Shown here one piece after another: positions 12,833-25,186 of a stretch of 60,000 nt of DNA. The notes beneath the pieces were generated by a model that did not search any database, was not told the origin of the DNA, and saw nothing but the letters and a program-made list of their open reading frames with translations. The DNA is from Amphiscolops sp. MND2022 (Eukaryota): assembly GCA_964187785.1 (NCBI GenBank), contig OZ076409.1, positions 42,658,001-42,718,000 of the forward strand. Direction: 5' to 3'. A program made the position numbers and the translations under genes. Positions within the stretch are counted from its first letter, which is position 1; the number at the start of each line of letters is the position of its first letter.

Positions 12833-13611
12833 ATAACTAGAAAAGCTATAATATGCGCGAAACTGAAAATTTCATGCATCAATTAACAACAATTAATCCA
12901 TAATTAGCACTGTGGGTAATCTCTAATTATTCGACGAGTTAACACTCAGTTATTATTCGAAGAGTTAATTTTCGACCAGTTTTCCGCCCCTTATTTTCGA
13001 CGAGTTATTTCTACGAGTTGCATTCGGCGAGTTGTTTTGGACGAGTTTTCCGCATACCGCAGTAAATACTAAACTCCAGAAATGCAAAACAAATCATGCA
13101 AACTTTTTTCTTCCTTATAATGGTTCCATGATAAGGCATTACGACACGGAATGTTGGATTAGGTAGCTGTATGTCATCATGATTGATTGTACGAAATTAA
13201 TTTTCTTTAAAAAATGATGTTTGCGCGTGTAAAAAGTTCGGTTCTAAGTGAGAGACTCACCGTGAACAAACAATCTGACACGAGTCTTCATATGTTTCTT
13301 TGACCTTAATCACTTCCAGCCTCTTGCCTTAACGAACCTAATCATTTTCGTCTCTTCTCCGAAATGAAAAGCTGCGAAGATAAACCTGAGTAAAATAAAC
13401 CTGTCTCAAGAAATCAAACGAAATCAAATCATGAGCGTCAAATTTTGTAGTTTTCCATTGATGAGTAAACTGCCAACCATTTGTAGATAATCCTTTTGTG
13501 ATGTTGAGATGTAATAAAAAATTAATGCATTTCAATGGTAACCAACACGCAATCATGTGTTTCAATCAGATTTTCGCAAAAAACTAAAAAACTAACATAG
13601 GAAAAAGTAAT

Positions 13612-13815
13612 TCCCTGCAAAATATTATCCATCTGACAAAATAGAAAAGCATAGTTTTTTGGAAATTCATGTTTTTTTTCGATGATCTTTCGCCTGTTAA
13701 TAGGAACTTTGATGGCTATCGAAGTTCCTAATGACAGGTGAAATATCATAAAAAAACATAAATTTCCAAGAAAAATTATGCTTTGCTATTTTGTGAGATG
13801 GATAATTTTTTGCAT
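13612..13815. repeat. ~200-bp imperfect palindrome (MITE-like)
   Basis: tgcaaaatattatccatctgacaaaatag.. pairs with ..ctattttgtgagatggataattttttgca; central cctgtt.taggaact..agttccta.tgacagg. Confidence 0.7.
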
Positions 13816-14147
13816 AGAGAAAGAGAAGGTAAGACTAATTACGGAAATAAAAAACTAGAAAAAAAACAGGAGGACATCAACATTTTGCTACTGTCACAGA
13901 TGCAAACGCTTCAACGACCTAAAAGGCAAATTAGTTGAGCACCTAAAATTGAGCATTTGGGGGGTCGACTTACACCACTTCCAGTGCTTATTGCTGGAAA
14001 TCCAGGGGAGATACAAGATCGGGTGACCCGAGTGAAAAGTTGAGTTAGCGCCGCTAGTGTATGCATGCCAAGTTTCGGGGTGATTGAAAAGGTGCTTCTT
14101 AGAAAAGGGGATGGTGTTTTTTGGGTACATAGCCATTTTGCTAAAAG

Positions 14148-14308
14148 TGGTAATTTTCAACTGCAATCTTGACAAAGCTTCAAAGTGTTTTGAGTTAGAA
14201 GTTTCATCACATTATAAGTTCAGTCACGTTTGAATTTGAGTTTCCGAATTTGCAATTGACTGGCGCCAACAATAGTAATATAAGAAGCACGAAAGTTTAA
14301 TTTAAAGG
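14148..14308 (+). repeat. ~160-bp dispersed repeat, second copy at about 15716-15875
   Basis: ggtaattttcaactg.aatcttgacaaag...aagaagcacgaaagtttaatttaaa occurs twice with few mismatches. Confidence 0.85.
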
Positions 14309-14714
14309 TCTTTTTCTGAGTTGTTGTATCCGCACTAGGTTTTTGCAGTTCAAAAATCTGGTAACAGATTGTATCCTTCCAAAATTCACTGCTTTGAGAT
14401 TCAAACTAAGATAAACTGAACTGATGACGTGTGTTTTGTTCGAAGATCTTGCGCTGCTTTGGTTTTATACGTATTGAAGCGCCTTCACTCACTAATTAAT
14501 TTCTCCAACCCGTTGAAAAACAATTGAATGAAACTATTCCATGATACGGAAATACTCAGCAGTGTGAAAAACAAAGGTAATAAAGTCCGATAAAGCAATC
14601 CTAAATTTGATGTGTTGGGATCTCAAAGAATTTAAAGGTAGGTTATTCGGAATTTAGCGAACTATATATACTTGACCGATAGATGTTTAATTATTTAAAA
14701 AATATTAGATCATC

Positions 14715-15521
14715 CCCATGTTGAGCTTTCCTTGAGAATCTGTAAAGATCTGTGAGCCAATTTTCCTTGAGGATCTGTAAAGATCGTGCCACTGCTACGT
14801 AAGGACAACTGCAGATCTGCAAGGATCTTTACAGATGTTCAAAGATTTTCTGTACAGATTTCTCAGGAAAATGTTTCCGCGCCTTCTAGTGAAACTATGC
14901 ATTTCATTTTTTAGCTTCTTCAGTAGATATTTTTGCTGACCAAGGCTCAGTCAGTTGAAACTCTCCATCACTCAAAATTCTTGAGCAGGAAATCTTGTCC
15001 CCATCACGGTAATTTTGGTGTCTAGGGAATGTTCGGTGTTGGTTATACACTGTTTTTTATCCATTTCACTTGAACTTTCCAGAAGTGGTTTTTCAACTTT
15101 GAGAGGCTCGTTTGCCATATTGACTTCGTTTTGACGGATGAAATTTGACATGTGACAACCTTCTGAGCTGGTAGAGGTGTTGATAGAGTGCTGTGGTTGT
15201 AATATTTCGGGAACATGGTTTGCTGGAGTAGTTTTAGTAATTGCTGGAAACTCGGAATACGTTATAGTAATTTATTGGTATGGTTAATTTTTAACAAATC
15301 CTGGAATATCTGCAAGGATCTGTACAGATCTGTACAGATTCGCACAGAAACTTTTTTCAAAACTTCAAATAAGAGGCGTGTTTTTTTCGTAGAGCACTTT
15401 TAACCAACTAACTTCTTTTTCGAAAATTGAATTTATGACTATTTAATTTTCGAACAATCCTGGAATATCTGTCAGGATCTGTGCAGATCTGTACAGATTC
15501 GCAGGGAGAGCTCAACATGGG
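14715..15521. mobile_element. 807-bp non-autonomous DNA transposon with CCC termini and 2-bp TSD (CMC/EnSpm-like)
   Basis: TIR CCCATGTTGAGCTTTCCTTGAGAATCTGTAAAGATCTG vs reverse complement CCCATGTTGAGCTCTCCCTGCGAATCTGTACAGATCTG; TC on both flanks; subterminal gatctg repeats. Confidence 0.75.
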
Positions 15522-15881
15522 TCAACAGCTTCTATTTCACTTCATCAATTTGGCATTTTGTTCTTTTTTAAAGTTCTGATACTCTGAAACTATTCAGTCA
15601 CGTCTTTTAAAGTTGACTATTTTTCAGAATGTTGTTGATTTTCCATAGGGCTGTGAATAAATTAGAGCATATGGTGGGGCTATAGCTTGTTATCTCTTTC
15701 TTTATGCTTGAAAAATGGTAATTTTCAACTGAAATCTTGACAAAGTTTCAAAGTGTTTTCAGTGATAAGTTTCATCACGTTATAAGTTCAGTCACGTTCG
15801 AATTTGAGTTTCTGAACTTGCAATTGACTGGTGCCAACAATAGTAATATAAGAAGCACGAAAGTTTAATTTAAACGCCTTT

Positions 15882-15976
15882 TTGCTGCGATAGTATCCGA
15901 AAGGGTGCCGACTTAAAAAAACAAAACTGCTTATTCGGCGTCCACCCCGCGGAATTGGGGAAAATAAACTTTCTTT
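15882..15976 (+). mobile_element. 3' fragment of the tRNA-derived SINE
   Basis: gatagtatccgaaagggtgccgactta...ggcgtccaccccgcggaattgggg.aaataaactttct matches 44226-44310. Confidence 0.85.
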
Positions 15977-17279
15977 ATACATTATCGTGAATCACCGGCA
16001 ACGGTTAACACCGATACCTTACCCTCTCGACAGCCGGGTACATCATTGAATCCCCAAAAAACATTCAAAGCGACAAATATCGGTGCGTCAAAACGCAGCC
16101 CCTGCAGAAACAAGTACATTATACTCCAAGATGACTTGCATTTTTGAGTTTCGGTTTTCCGAAAGCATCCACACTAGTTCCCCAAGCATCCGCTTTTTTG
16201 TAGCGCCAGTATAGGAGTACCTTCACTTATAGGCAAATCCTTCCTACCCTGGGTAACAGTCACTTGTTTCCATCTCAATGTGCACTTCACTTTCAGATCG
16301 AATTGATGGAAAAATTTGTGAATGAAAGGGGCTTGTCTACTATGAGATTTTTCAACTTTCCAGATTAACCAGTCCGTTGAGAAAACTTTCCTATAAATAG
16401 AGTCTCATTCTCTGTGTTTAGCCCTGGGGACAACTGATACTGCGATTCACGCTATCACTGACCATGTTGCCGCCACTCTGCTGAGCAGAGCTGAGTGGCA
16501 AAATCCCGGTCCTCCTTTAAGGAGCAAACATTGCAACCAGTTTTATTGATGAGTCCCCGTTATCAGAATTCTGAGATATTCAACTCCAGGCATTGTCTAA
16601 CTGAGCAACTTTTGGGAATCGTAGTTGACAAGTATCAGGAAGTTGTTCACAGCTTTACCGGGAGGCGAGATGTATACACCCGAGGTAGTACTTTTACCCA
16701 ACTAGTGGAGGCAACTCCTGCAGGACTTCATAATTCGGGCACCAAGGTTGACAATCTTTCAGTCCTGCGCGTAACCAAAAGGTCCTCAGCGATATAGGAG
16801 AGCCGATTGAAAGTTACTTTTTCATCACCCTAAATTATTGCAGATGACTGGCAACAAAGCTATTTCAAAGGAACTTTTTGGATTTTGTTCTGGTTGCCTA
16901 GCTAAAAAGCCTATTGGTTCCAATATGATTCCTTAGCTGAGATTTGTATGCTCAAGCGATAATAATGTCCTCACACTTTCCAACATTTTCTCCTAACTGC
17001 ACTCTAATCACACCTCAAGAACAATATTCTAGAATTGAAAAGCATGCTAACTGCAGCTAGAACGCGATGCTTTATGCACGAATAATAACATTGCAACCCC
17101 TGGCATTTCGTTTTTTTTTTTCGTTTTTGTGTTCACGAACGACATAATCGATTGACACGTTCAAAATGCCTTGTAGCACCCATTATCTATGACTAGACTT
17201 TGTGGTTTAACCCTGAGAACTTTGTAATCTAATTTTCATTATACAAGACGCCCGCTGACAACCAGGATAATTTCCGTCC

Positions 17280-20200
17280 AGACTGTTCTAGCAATGACAC
17301 ATTTTTGAGGCTCAAGAGTAGCCATTACACTATGAAAACCAATAGAAGTTTGATGAAACAAGTTTTGACATGTTTTGAGTAATGTCATTCCATTTCGGAA
17401 GGAAAGACTTTAAAAACACACTGAACACCTGTTTAGTTTGTTGTCTGCCTCTGTGGATACTAAAACCTAACAGACCAATTCCTTATAACGACCAATTTCT
17501 TGACGTCACCGAAAACGTCAAAATTTGGAACATTTTGCTTTTTCGACAACTTTGCGGTCATTTGCGGAATTTTTCTAAGAAACTGCAGATGTCTTTTCGC
17601 TTACTGGAGAGCGGGTCCAGTCATTCTTGAATTACAAAAATGCTCGGAAGGTTCACAAAAAAGTATCTAAACATTCCATAACAAAAAAAATGGATTTTTT
17701 CACTTTTTTGAAAGTCGTTCTGACGAACTTTTCACATACAAAGTTGACAATTTATAAACTTCATCAAACTTCATGCCTATTTCAAAAATATTTCCAATAT
17801 TTTGGTAACTTTTATCAAACTTCACTAGTTTGTCAAACAACTACCAATGTTTTTTTCGACTATTTTGGGGTCATTTTGAGGCTTTTTCTAACGTGAAACT
17901 GCAATTGACCTTCGAAAAGTCTACTGGATTACGCAATTGTTTGCTGTTGAACGTTTTCATTCTTCCAACGATGGAAACTTCCTAAAATTTCAAATTTTTG
18001 TATGAGAAACGTTGAATTTAGATTCATTCCAGACTCATCAGGGTCATTTGTGAAGTGCTTTTGAAACAAAATCCTGTAACTCTCTCTTCCAAATAGCAAA
18101 ATTCATAACTAGTTTAATCGTTTCTGAGTGTTGTGAGTTGTCGTAACCACAAAAACTTTCGAAAATTGTACACAAACTGCAGGAAAAACGACAAACTGGA
18201 AAGATTTGGATTTTGACGTTTTGGGGTGAAATTTAGGCATATTTCCTATGATAACACTTGTTTATTTTTGCCAAAAAGTTCCTTGATATAATATTCAAAA
18301 CTTAATTCAATGATTCAAAATTCTAATTTACCAATTCTTTCGAAATTTCGAAAAATGGGGTAAAAACGTCAAAAAATTTCAAAGACTTCTTGGTTATTCT
18401 GGGTCAATTTGAGGCTCTTTTCGAACCTGAAACTGCAACTGATTTCCAAACCGTCTCCCCTATTGAATGTTTACTCTTTGTTTGCTGTTGAATGTTTTCT
18501 ATTTTCTAGTATTCGAAATTTTTAAAAAACCTAACAGAATTGTTTTTCAGAAAAATTTTGGACTTCCGAAACATTCGGCTCATTCTGAGAACATGTTCTA
18601 CCTTCCTTCAAAAAGCGTACTGCATAGCTTGATAAGACGTCTGGAGCTTTAGGGACCCTAGTTCACGAAAACTTCCACAAACAATTACTAAAATCTTCAA
18701 AAAAGGGAAACTTTCGAAATTTTATAACCATTTCGTTTCATTTTGAGATATTTTCCGGACACGAATCTGCAAATACCTCCCAAAAAAGCAAAGTGGGTAT
18801 CGATGGCCTTGGTTGTTGAACTATTCTGTTATTCCTACGCTCGAAACATTTCCAAAAGTTCACAGACTTTGCACAAATTTTCAATTTTTCCATTTCTGCT
18901 GAAAAACTTTGTACTTTTCTCATCAAAAATGGACACTACAAACCTGATTCGATCACCTTTGGTTGTTTTGTACCTCTTAATCAAAAAAATTCTCAAACAT
19001 TGTTCTCAAATAACATGAAGAAGCAACATCAATTGGAAATTTTCGGACGATTCGTCAATTTTTGTGTCAAATTGAAGCACATTCATTTTAGAAACCGGAA
19101 TTTATCCCTTCAAAAAGCTTACTGGACAACGCATTCAGTTGTTGTTGAACAGTTTCAGAGTTCTAATCCATGAAATTGTTGAAAACAATATAAAAACTGT
19201 GAACTGGGAAATCAAAAATAGTAGAAAAATGATTGTTTTGACTATTTTGGGGTCATTGTGACTATATTTTCTTCCAAAACTGCATTCATCTCCCCGAACA
19301 ACCCTCATGAACAACAAATTCATTCATTGTTGAACGTTTTGTTTTCAACGTTCTGATCCCTGAAATCTTTTGAAAATTTGACAAAGGTTGCATAAAAATG
19401 TGAAAAATCAGCTTACTTTAACGTTTTTGTCGTTTTGGTCGCAATTTCAGCCTTTTTTCATTAGAAAACGGCGTTAATTTCTTGACAAATCCTCTCGGAT
19501 AACGAAATATTTCTTGTTGAACGTCTTGAACAATCTATGCCACCAAGTCTCTGGAAAAACACAGAAAAAATGCATGAAAACTCTAAAAATCTGATTTTTA
19601 AGAATTTTTGGTAATTTCGGTCTGACTTTAAGGCATTTTTTGAAAACAAATTGCATTTTTCAATGCGTAGTTTTTTCAATTGGTAAAAAGACTTACACAT
19701 TTTTTGAGTTTTCGGCGACATGGATATCCACAGACTTCAACGGAAAATCAATTGTCTACTTTGCATACTTTTTGAATTTAAAAAACGTTTTAAAAAACCA
19801 AAAGGTGCATGATCTAGAGCTGGGCGATCGCTCAGGTTGCCTATACAGGAAAACGTTGTCCTGTAGAGTTCTAAACATTAGTTGTTACTCAAAAAGTGGT
19901 CTCCTGGGAGGATTTTCCGAATTTCGACGAGGCAAAGTGGGTATCGATGGCCTTGGTTGTTGAACTATTCTGTTATTCCTACGCTCGAAACATTTCCAAA
20001 AGTTCACAGACTTTGCACAAATTTTCAATTTTTCTATTTCTGCTGAAAAACTTTGTACTTTTCTCATCAAAAACGGACACTACAAACCTGATTCGATCAC
20101 CTTTGGTTGTTTTGTACCCCTTAGTCAAAAAAACTCTCAAACATTGTTCTCAAATAACATGACGAAGCAATATCAATTGGAAATTTTTGGACGATTCGTA

Positions 20201-22727
20201 AATTTTTGTGTCAAATTGAAGCACATTTATTTTAGAAACCGGAATTTATCCCTTCAAAAAGCTTACTGGACAACGCATTCAGTTGTTGTTGAACAGTTTC
20301 AGAGTTCTATTCCATGAAATTGTTGAAAACAATATAAAAACTGTGAACTGGGAAATCAAAAATAGTAGAAAAATGATTGTTTTGACTATTTCGGGGTCAT
20401 TGTGACTATATTTTCTTCCAAAACTGCATTCATCTCCCCGAACAACCCTCATGAACAACAAATTCATTCATTGTTGAACGTTTTGTTTTCAACGTTTTAA
20501 TCCATGAAATCTCTTGAAATTTTGACAAAGGTTGCATAAAAGTGTGAAAAATCAGCTTACTTTAACGTTTTTGTCGTTTTGGTCGCAATTTCAGCCTTTT
20601 ATAGTTAGAAAACGGCGTTAATTTCTTGACAAATCCTCTCGGATAACGAAATATTTCTTGTTGAACGTCTTGAACAATCTATGCCACCAAGTCTCTGGAA
20701 AAACACAGAAAAAATGCATGAAAACTCTAAAAATCTGATTTTTAAGAATTTTTGTTAGTTTCGGTCTGACTTTAAGGCATTTTTTGAAAACAAATTGCAT
20801 TTTTCAATGCGTAGTTTTTTCAATTGGTAAAAAGACTCACACATTTTTTGAGTTTTCGGCGACATGGATATCCACAGACTTCAACGGAAAATCAATTGTC
20901 TACTTTGTGACTATATTTTCTTCCAAAACTGCATTCATCTCCCCGAACAACCCTCATGAACAACAAATTCATTCATTGTTGAACGTTTTGTTTTCAACGT
21001 TCTGATCCCTGAAATCTTTTGAAAATTTGACAAAGGTTGCATAAAAATGTGAAAAATCAGCTTACTTTAACGTTTTTGTCGTTTTGGTCGCAATTTCAGC
21101 CTTTTTTCATTAGAAAACGGCGTTAATTTCTTGACAAATCCTCTCGGATAACGAAATATTTCTTGTTGAACGTCTTGAACAATCTATGCCACCAAGTCTC
21201 TGGAAAAACACAGAAAAAATGCATGAAAACTCTAAAAATCTGATTTTTAAGAATTTTTGGTAATTTCGGTCTGACTTTAAGGCATTTTTTGAAAACAAAT
21301 TGCATTTTTCAATGCGTAGTTTTTTCAATTGGTAAAAAGACTTACACATTTTTTGAGTTTTCGGCGACATGGATATCCACAGACTTCAACGGAAAATCAA
21401 TTGTCTACTTTGCATACTTTTTGAATTTAAAAAACGTTTTAAAAAACCAAAAGGTGCATGATCTAGAGCTGGGCGATCGCTCAGGTTGCCTATACAGGAA
21501 AACGTTGTCCTGTAGAGTTCTAAACATTAGTTGTTACTCAAAAAGTGGTCTCCTGGGAGGATTTTCCAAATTTCGACGAGGCAAAGTGGGTATCGATGGC
21601 CTTGGTTGTTGAACTATTCTGTTATTCCTACGCTCGAAACATTTCCAAAAGTTCACAGACTTTGCACAAATTTTCAATTTTTCTATTTCTGCTGAAAAAC
21701 TTTGTACTTTTCTCATCAAAAACGGACACTACAAACCTGATTCGATCACCTTTGGTTGTTTTGTACCCCTTAGTCAAAAAAACTCTCAAACATTGTTCTC
21801 AAATAACATGACGAAGCAATATCAATTGGAAATTTTTGGACGATTCGTAAATTTTTGTGTCAAATTGAAGCACATTTATTTTAGAAACCGGAATTTATCC
21901 CTTCAAAAAGCTTACTGGACAACGCATTCAGTTGTTGTTGAACAGTTTCAGAGTTCTATTCCATGAAATTGTTGAAAACAATATAAAAACTGTGAACTGG
22001 GAAATCAAAAATAGTAGAAAAATGATTGTTTTGACTATTTCGGGGTCATTGTGACTATATTTTCTTCCAAAACTGCATTCATCTCCCCGAACAACCCTCA
22101 TGAACAACAAATTCATTCATTGTTGAACGTTTTGTTTTCAACGTTTTGATCCATGAAATCTCTTGAAATTTTGACAAAGGTTGCATAAAAATGTGAAAAA
22201 TCAGCTTACTTTAACGTTTTTGTCGTTTTGGTCGCAATTTCAGCCTTTTATAGTTAGAAAACGGCGTTAATTTCTTGACAAATCCTCTCGGATAACGAAA
22301 TATTTCTTGTTGAACGTCTTGAACAATCTATGCCACCAAGTCTCTGGAAAAACACAGAAAAAATGCATGAAAACTCTAAAAATCTGATTTTTAAGAATTT
22401 TTGTTTAGTTTCGGTCTGACTTTAAGGCATTTTTTGAAAACAAATTGCATTTTTCAATGCGTAGTTTTTTCAATTGGTAAAAAGACTCACACATTTTTTG
22501 AGTTTTCGGCGACATGGATATCCACAGACTTCAACGGAAAATCAATTGTCTACTTTGCATACTTTTTGAATTTAAAAAACGTTTTTAAAAACCAAAAGGT
22601 GCATGATCTAGAGCTGGGCGATCGCTCAGGTTGCCTATACAGGAAAACGTTGTCCTGTAGAGTTCTAAACATTAGTTGTTACTCAAAAAGTGGCCTCCTG
22701 GAAGGATTTTCCAAATTTCGACGAGGC
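17280..22727. repeat. Tandem array: diverged subrepeats (about 17280-18790) then ~1144-bp units with a superimposed 1649-bp duplication
   Basis: gcaaagtgggtatcgatggcc recurs at about 18789, 19932 and 21581; ORF-track duplicates are offset by 1144 and 1649; 19258-20906 is almost identical to 20907-22555. Confidence 0.92.
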
Positions 22728-22739
22728 TCCTCAATTCAG

Positions 22740-22925
22740 TTCCGCTACAACAGTCCGGAAATGTCCCTCAAGCACGTTAAAACGGCTCCTATTGTTCCTC
22801 AGCGTTCCTACACACTTCCGAGGTCTGAGGATGGTAACAAAGCAAGATCAATTGAAGAAGACATCTCATTGAAAAATATCAGATCTCCAAGATCAAACAT
22901 TCACAAAATACATGAATACCTTTAA
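22740..22925 (+). other. Possible terminal coding exon of an unidentified gene (FRYNSPEM...IHEYL*)
   Basis: Unique sequence right after the array, with acceptor-like tcaattcag and an open 61-codon frame; no homology recognised. Confidence 0.2.
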
Positions 22926-24420
22926 AATAGCACAATATAGTCTTCTTTGTGGTTATTCCAGAGAATACACAATAGGTCAAAGGAATTTCAGTCACAATTT
23001 TTGTAGGTTTTCCATAATTATATGTTTCATCTAGTTACCTGCTTCGGTTGAAGGGATATCTCGGGATAGTGATTGGGTGTGCATTCTCTTTTACCGTCTT
23101 CTGTATTGATTTTAGGTACCTGCCAAGCTGAAAGGACACGCTACATGACTTATCCGTGCGTGGCATGTGTTGGTCAAATTTTTGGTTTCGAATTTGTTTT
23201 TTTTGTCACCAAGATGGTTGACATACAGATTATAAGAGCGGAAGCTGTAAAAGTTGAGAAGTGAGATTTTTAGCTTTTGCGACATGAATGAAAGACGAGA
23301 CATCACATGTATTGTTTTGCATAATGACATTTTGTCCCTTAGAATAGCTGCTTAATTTCATGTCTTTGGGGGCAAGGGGTCTATTTTTATTAGGGCACCA
23401 TTCAAGACTCTGATTAGATTAGCATTCCTTTTTTCCTGCTTAAAATTGCTTTTTGCTTTTCTTAACAGCCAAGCAACGCCAACAGATCCATTTTCAGAAC
23501 GTACTTGGCTAAAAGCCTTGGACTCAAATACTAACAGTTTACGCCAAATTCAACGTATCTAATTACTACATGCCCAGAACGCAATACTTTGAAAGATGAA
23601 GAAATCTAATAGGTGTCTAATCAATTTTACGACACTCTTGAATGTTGCCGAGGCCCTTTTCATTAATTCCAAAGCCATTGCTAATGACCTGTTCAGAATG
23701 CCCATCGCCATTATGACTAAATGTCATTTTTTCAGTCTCTTTTGTTGTTACCGCAGTTAGGCTAGTTTATCAAAGCTCTCTAGTTTCTCAAAAATGTCAC
23801 CTGATGAATTGTAACTTCACCAGAGCTGAGGCATTTTTGGTCGGTATTTTTTGGGAGAAAAAGTGCCAAATTTAACTTTTTTCCAATCAAGATTATTCAT
23901 AAGATTACAATTTCCACTCCGGAAATTTCACTTTTTATTATCTTCTGTTAACCAAAACTTCGCTTCAATCACGACTAGAGGTTCCTCTCTTTGAAGTTCC
24001 GATATTTTTACTTGATCTAGGAAACTACAAGAGTGCAAAGGGTTCCCTTTTAGGTTTTTTGATACTGTGTGACCATTTTGAATTTTTTAATTCATCAAAG
24101 TATTTCACTTTAGTTTTTTGACACTTTGAGTTCGGAGAAGCCCTTCTGAGACTAAAGGGCCTTCTCTAGGTAGCTGTCGGCACTGTAAATTTGAAAAACA
24201 ATATTTTACAATTGTGTCCTTTTGCATATTAAAAAAAACTTTGTTTTCTAAACTTGGGCTGGATTATTTTTATCGCTGTAATGATATCCACTGTAGGTAT
24301 CCCCACATAATATGTATGAGTATGATAAAACACGTGAGACCAAAAATCAGACTAAGATGCTTTTCGGAGATGACTTTCCGCAAGCTGTGTTGCAAATTTG
24401 AAATTTTCAAACTGTCTTGA

Positions 24421-24796
24421 AGTAGAACACGGTGGAGTAATTAGCGAATTTGACCTGTTGGCAGTATAGGGTTCGAATCTCTCTTCATTCACAATTGTTG
24501 GGCATTGGGCAAGTCCTTCATCCCTAGCTTGAGACATAATCATGAAAAACACATTTGGCGCAGAGAGCAAACATAAAAGGAGCAACTGTGAGCATTCAGA
24601 ACTTTGTGATCTTGAGCGGGTTACTTCAAAAACAAAGCTTCAAGTCGACCATTGCTGGCGCAATTGAATGAAAATAAAGTACCGTAGGTTGCTATGGGGA
24701 TATGGTATCCAAAGTGGAGAGTGGTGCGGACTCAGAAAAGCAGATGCGCATATTCGGTGCCTAGCAGAAACAAACTTGTTTTCGTTCTTCGTTCTT
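24421..24796 (+). mobile_element. Diverged copy of the tRNA-derived SINE
   Basis: GGTTCGAATCTCTC B box, gcaagtccttcatccctagctt, agcttcaagtcgaccattgct and a ttcgttctt tail. Confidence 0.75.
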
Positions 24797-25186
24797 GAAA
24801 TATTGAGATAATTTCTATTGTATTTTGACATAATTTAAGAATTGCATTCATTAAACGTCTGTAAAGCCTTTTTGTTACTTTGTCAGTACTTATCACAGGA
24901 GACCAGCGTGATTCTTTTTTAAGGGTAAGAAAAAAGGGTACTTTTTAGAGATGCTAGCTGCAATGACACAAGTATCAATTTGGTATACCAACTGAAAAAT
25001 TAATTTTAAAATCTTTTAAATTCTATATTGTGCTCTCAGCTCCTTGAATGTTGGTGGAACTTTCTTTAGGTGAAAGATGGTAACACTTTTAAAAAATTTA
25101 AAAATCGCTTTATAAACCTACAATACTCCTGTGTTTCAGGTACAAGAAAAGCATTCCCAAATAAACTCAAACGACGCTGATCAAAC

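Larger units (their letters stand above)
11704..13060. mobile_element. Foldback/MITE with tandemly repeated subterminal motifs (aactcgtcgaaa), hosting a SINE
   Basis: Left gcggta..ggaaaa..caactcgtcggaaacaactcgcc array mirrors right ttcgacgagtt..cggcgagttgttttggacgagttttccgcataccgc. Confidence 0.65.

Noticed and set aside
16495..16797. 100-aa plus-strand ORF
   Set aside because: GTG start in a eukaryotic context, no recognisable motif, and no consistent splice model could be built.
18738..22727. Repeated 60-107 aa ORFs in the tandem array
   Set aside because: Short F/K/N-rich frames on both strands that recur only because the DNA is repeated; no protein motifs.
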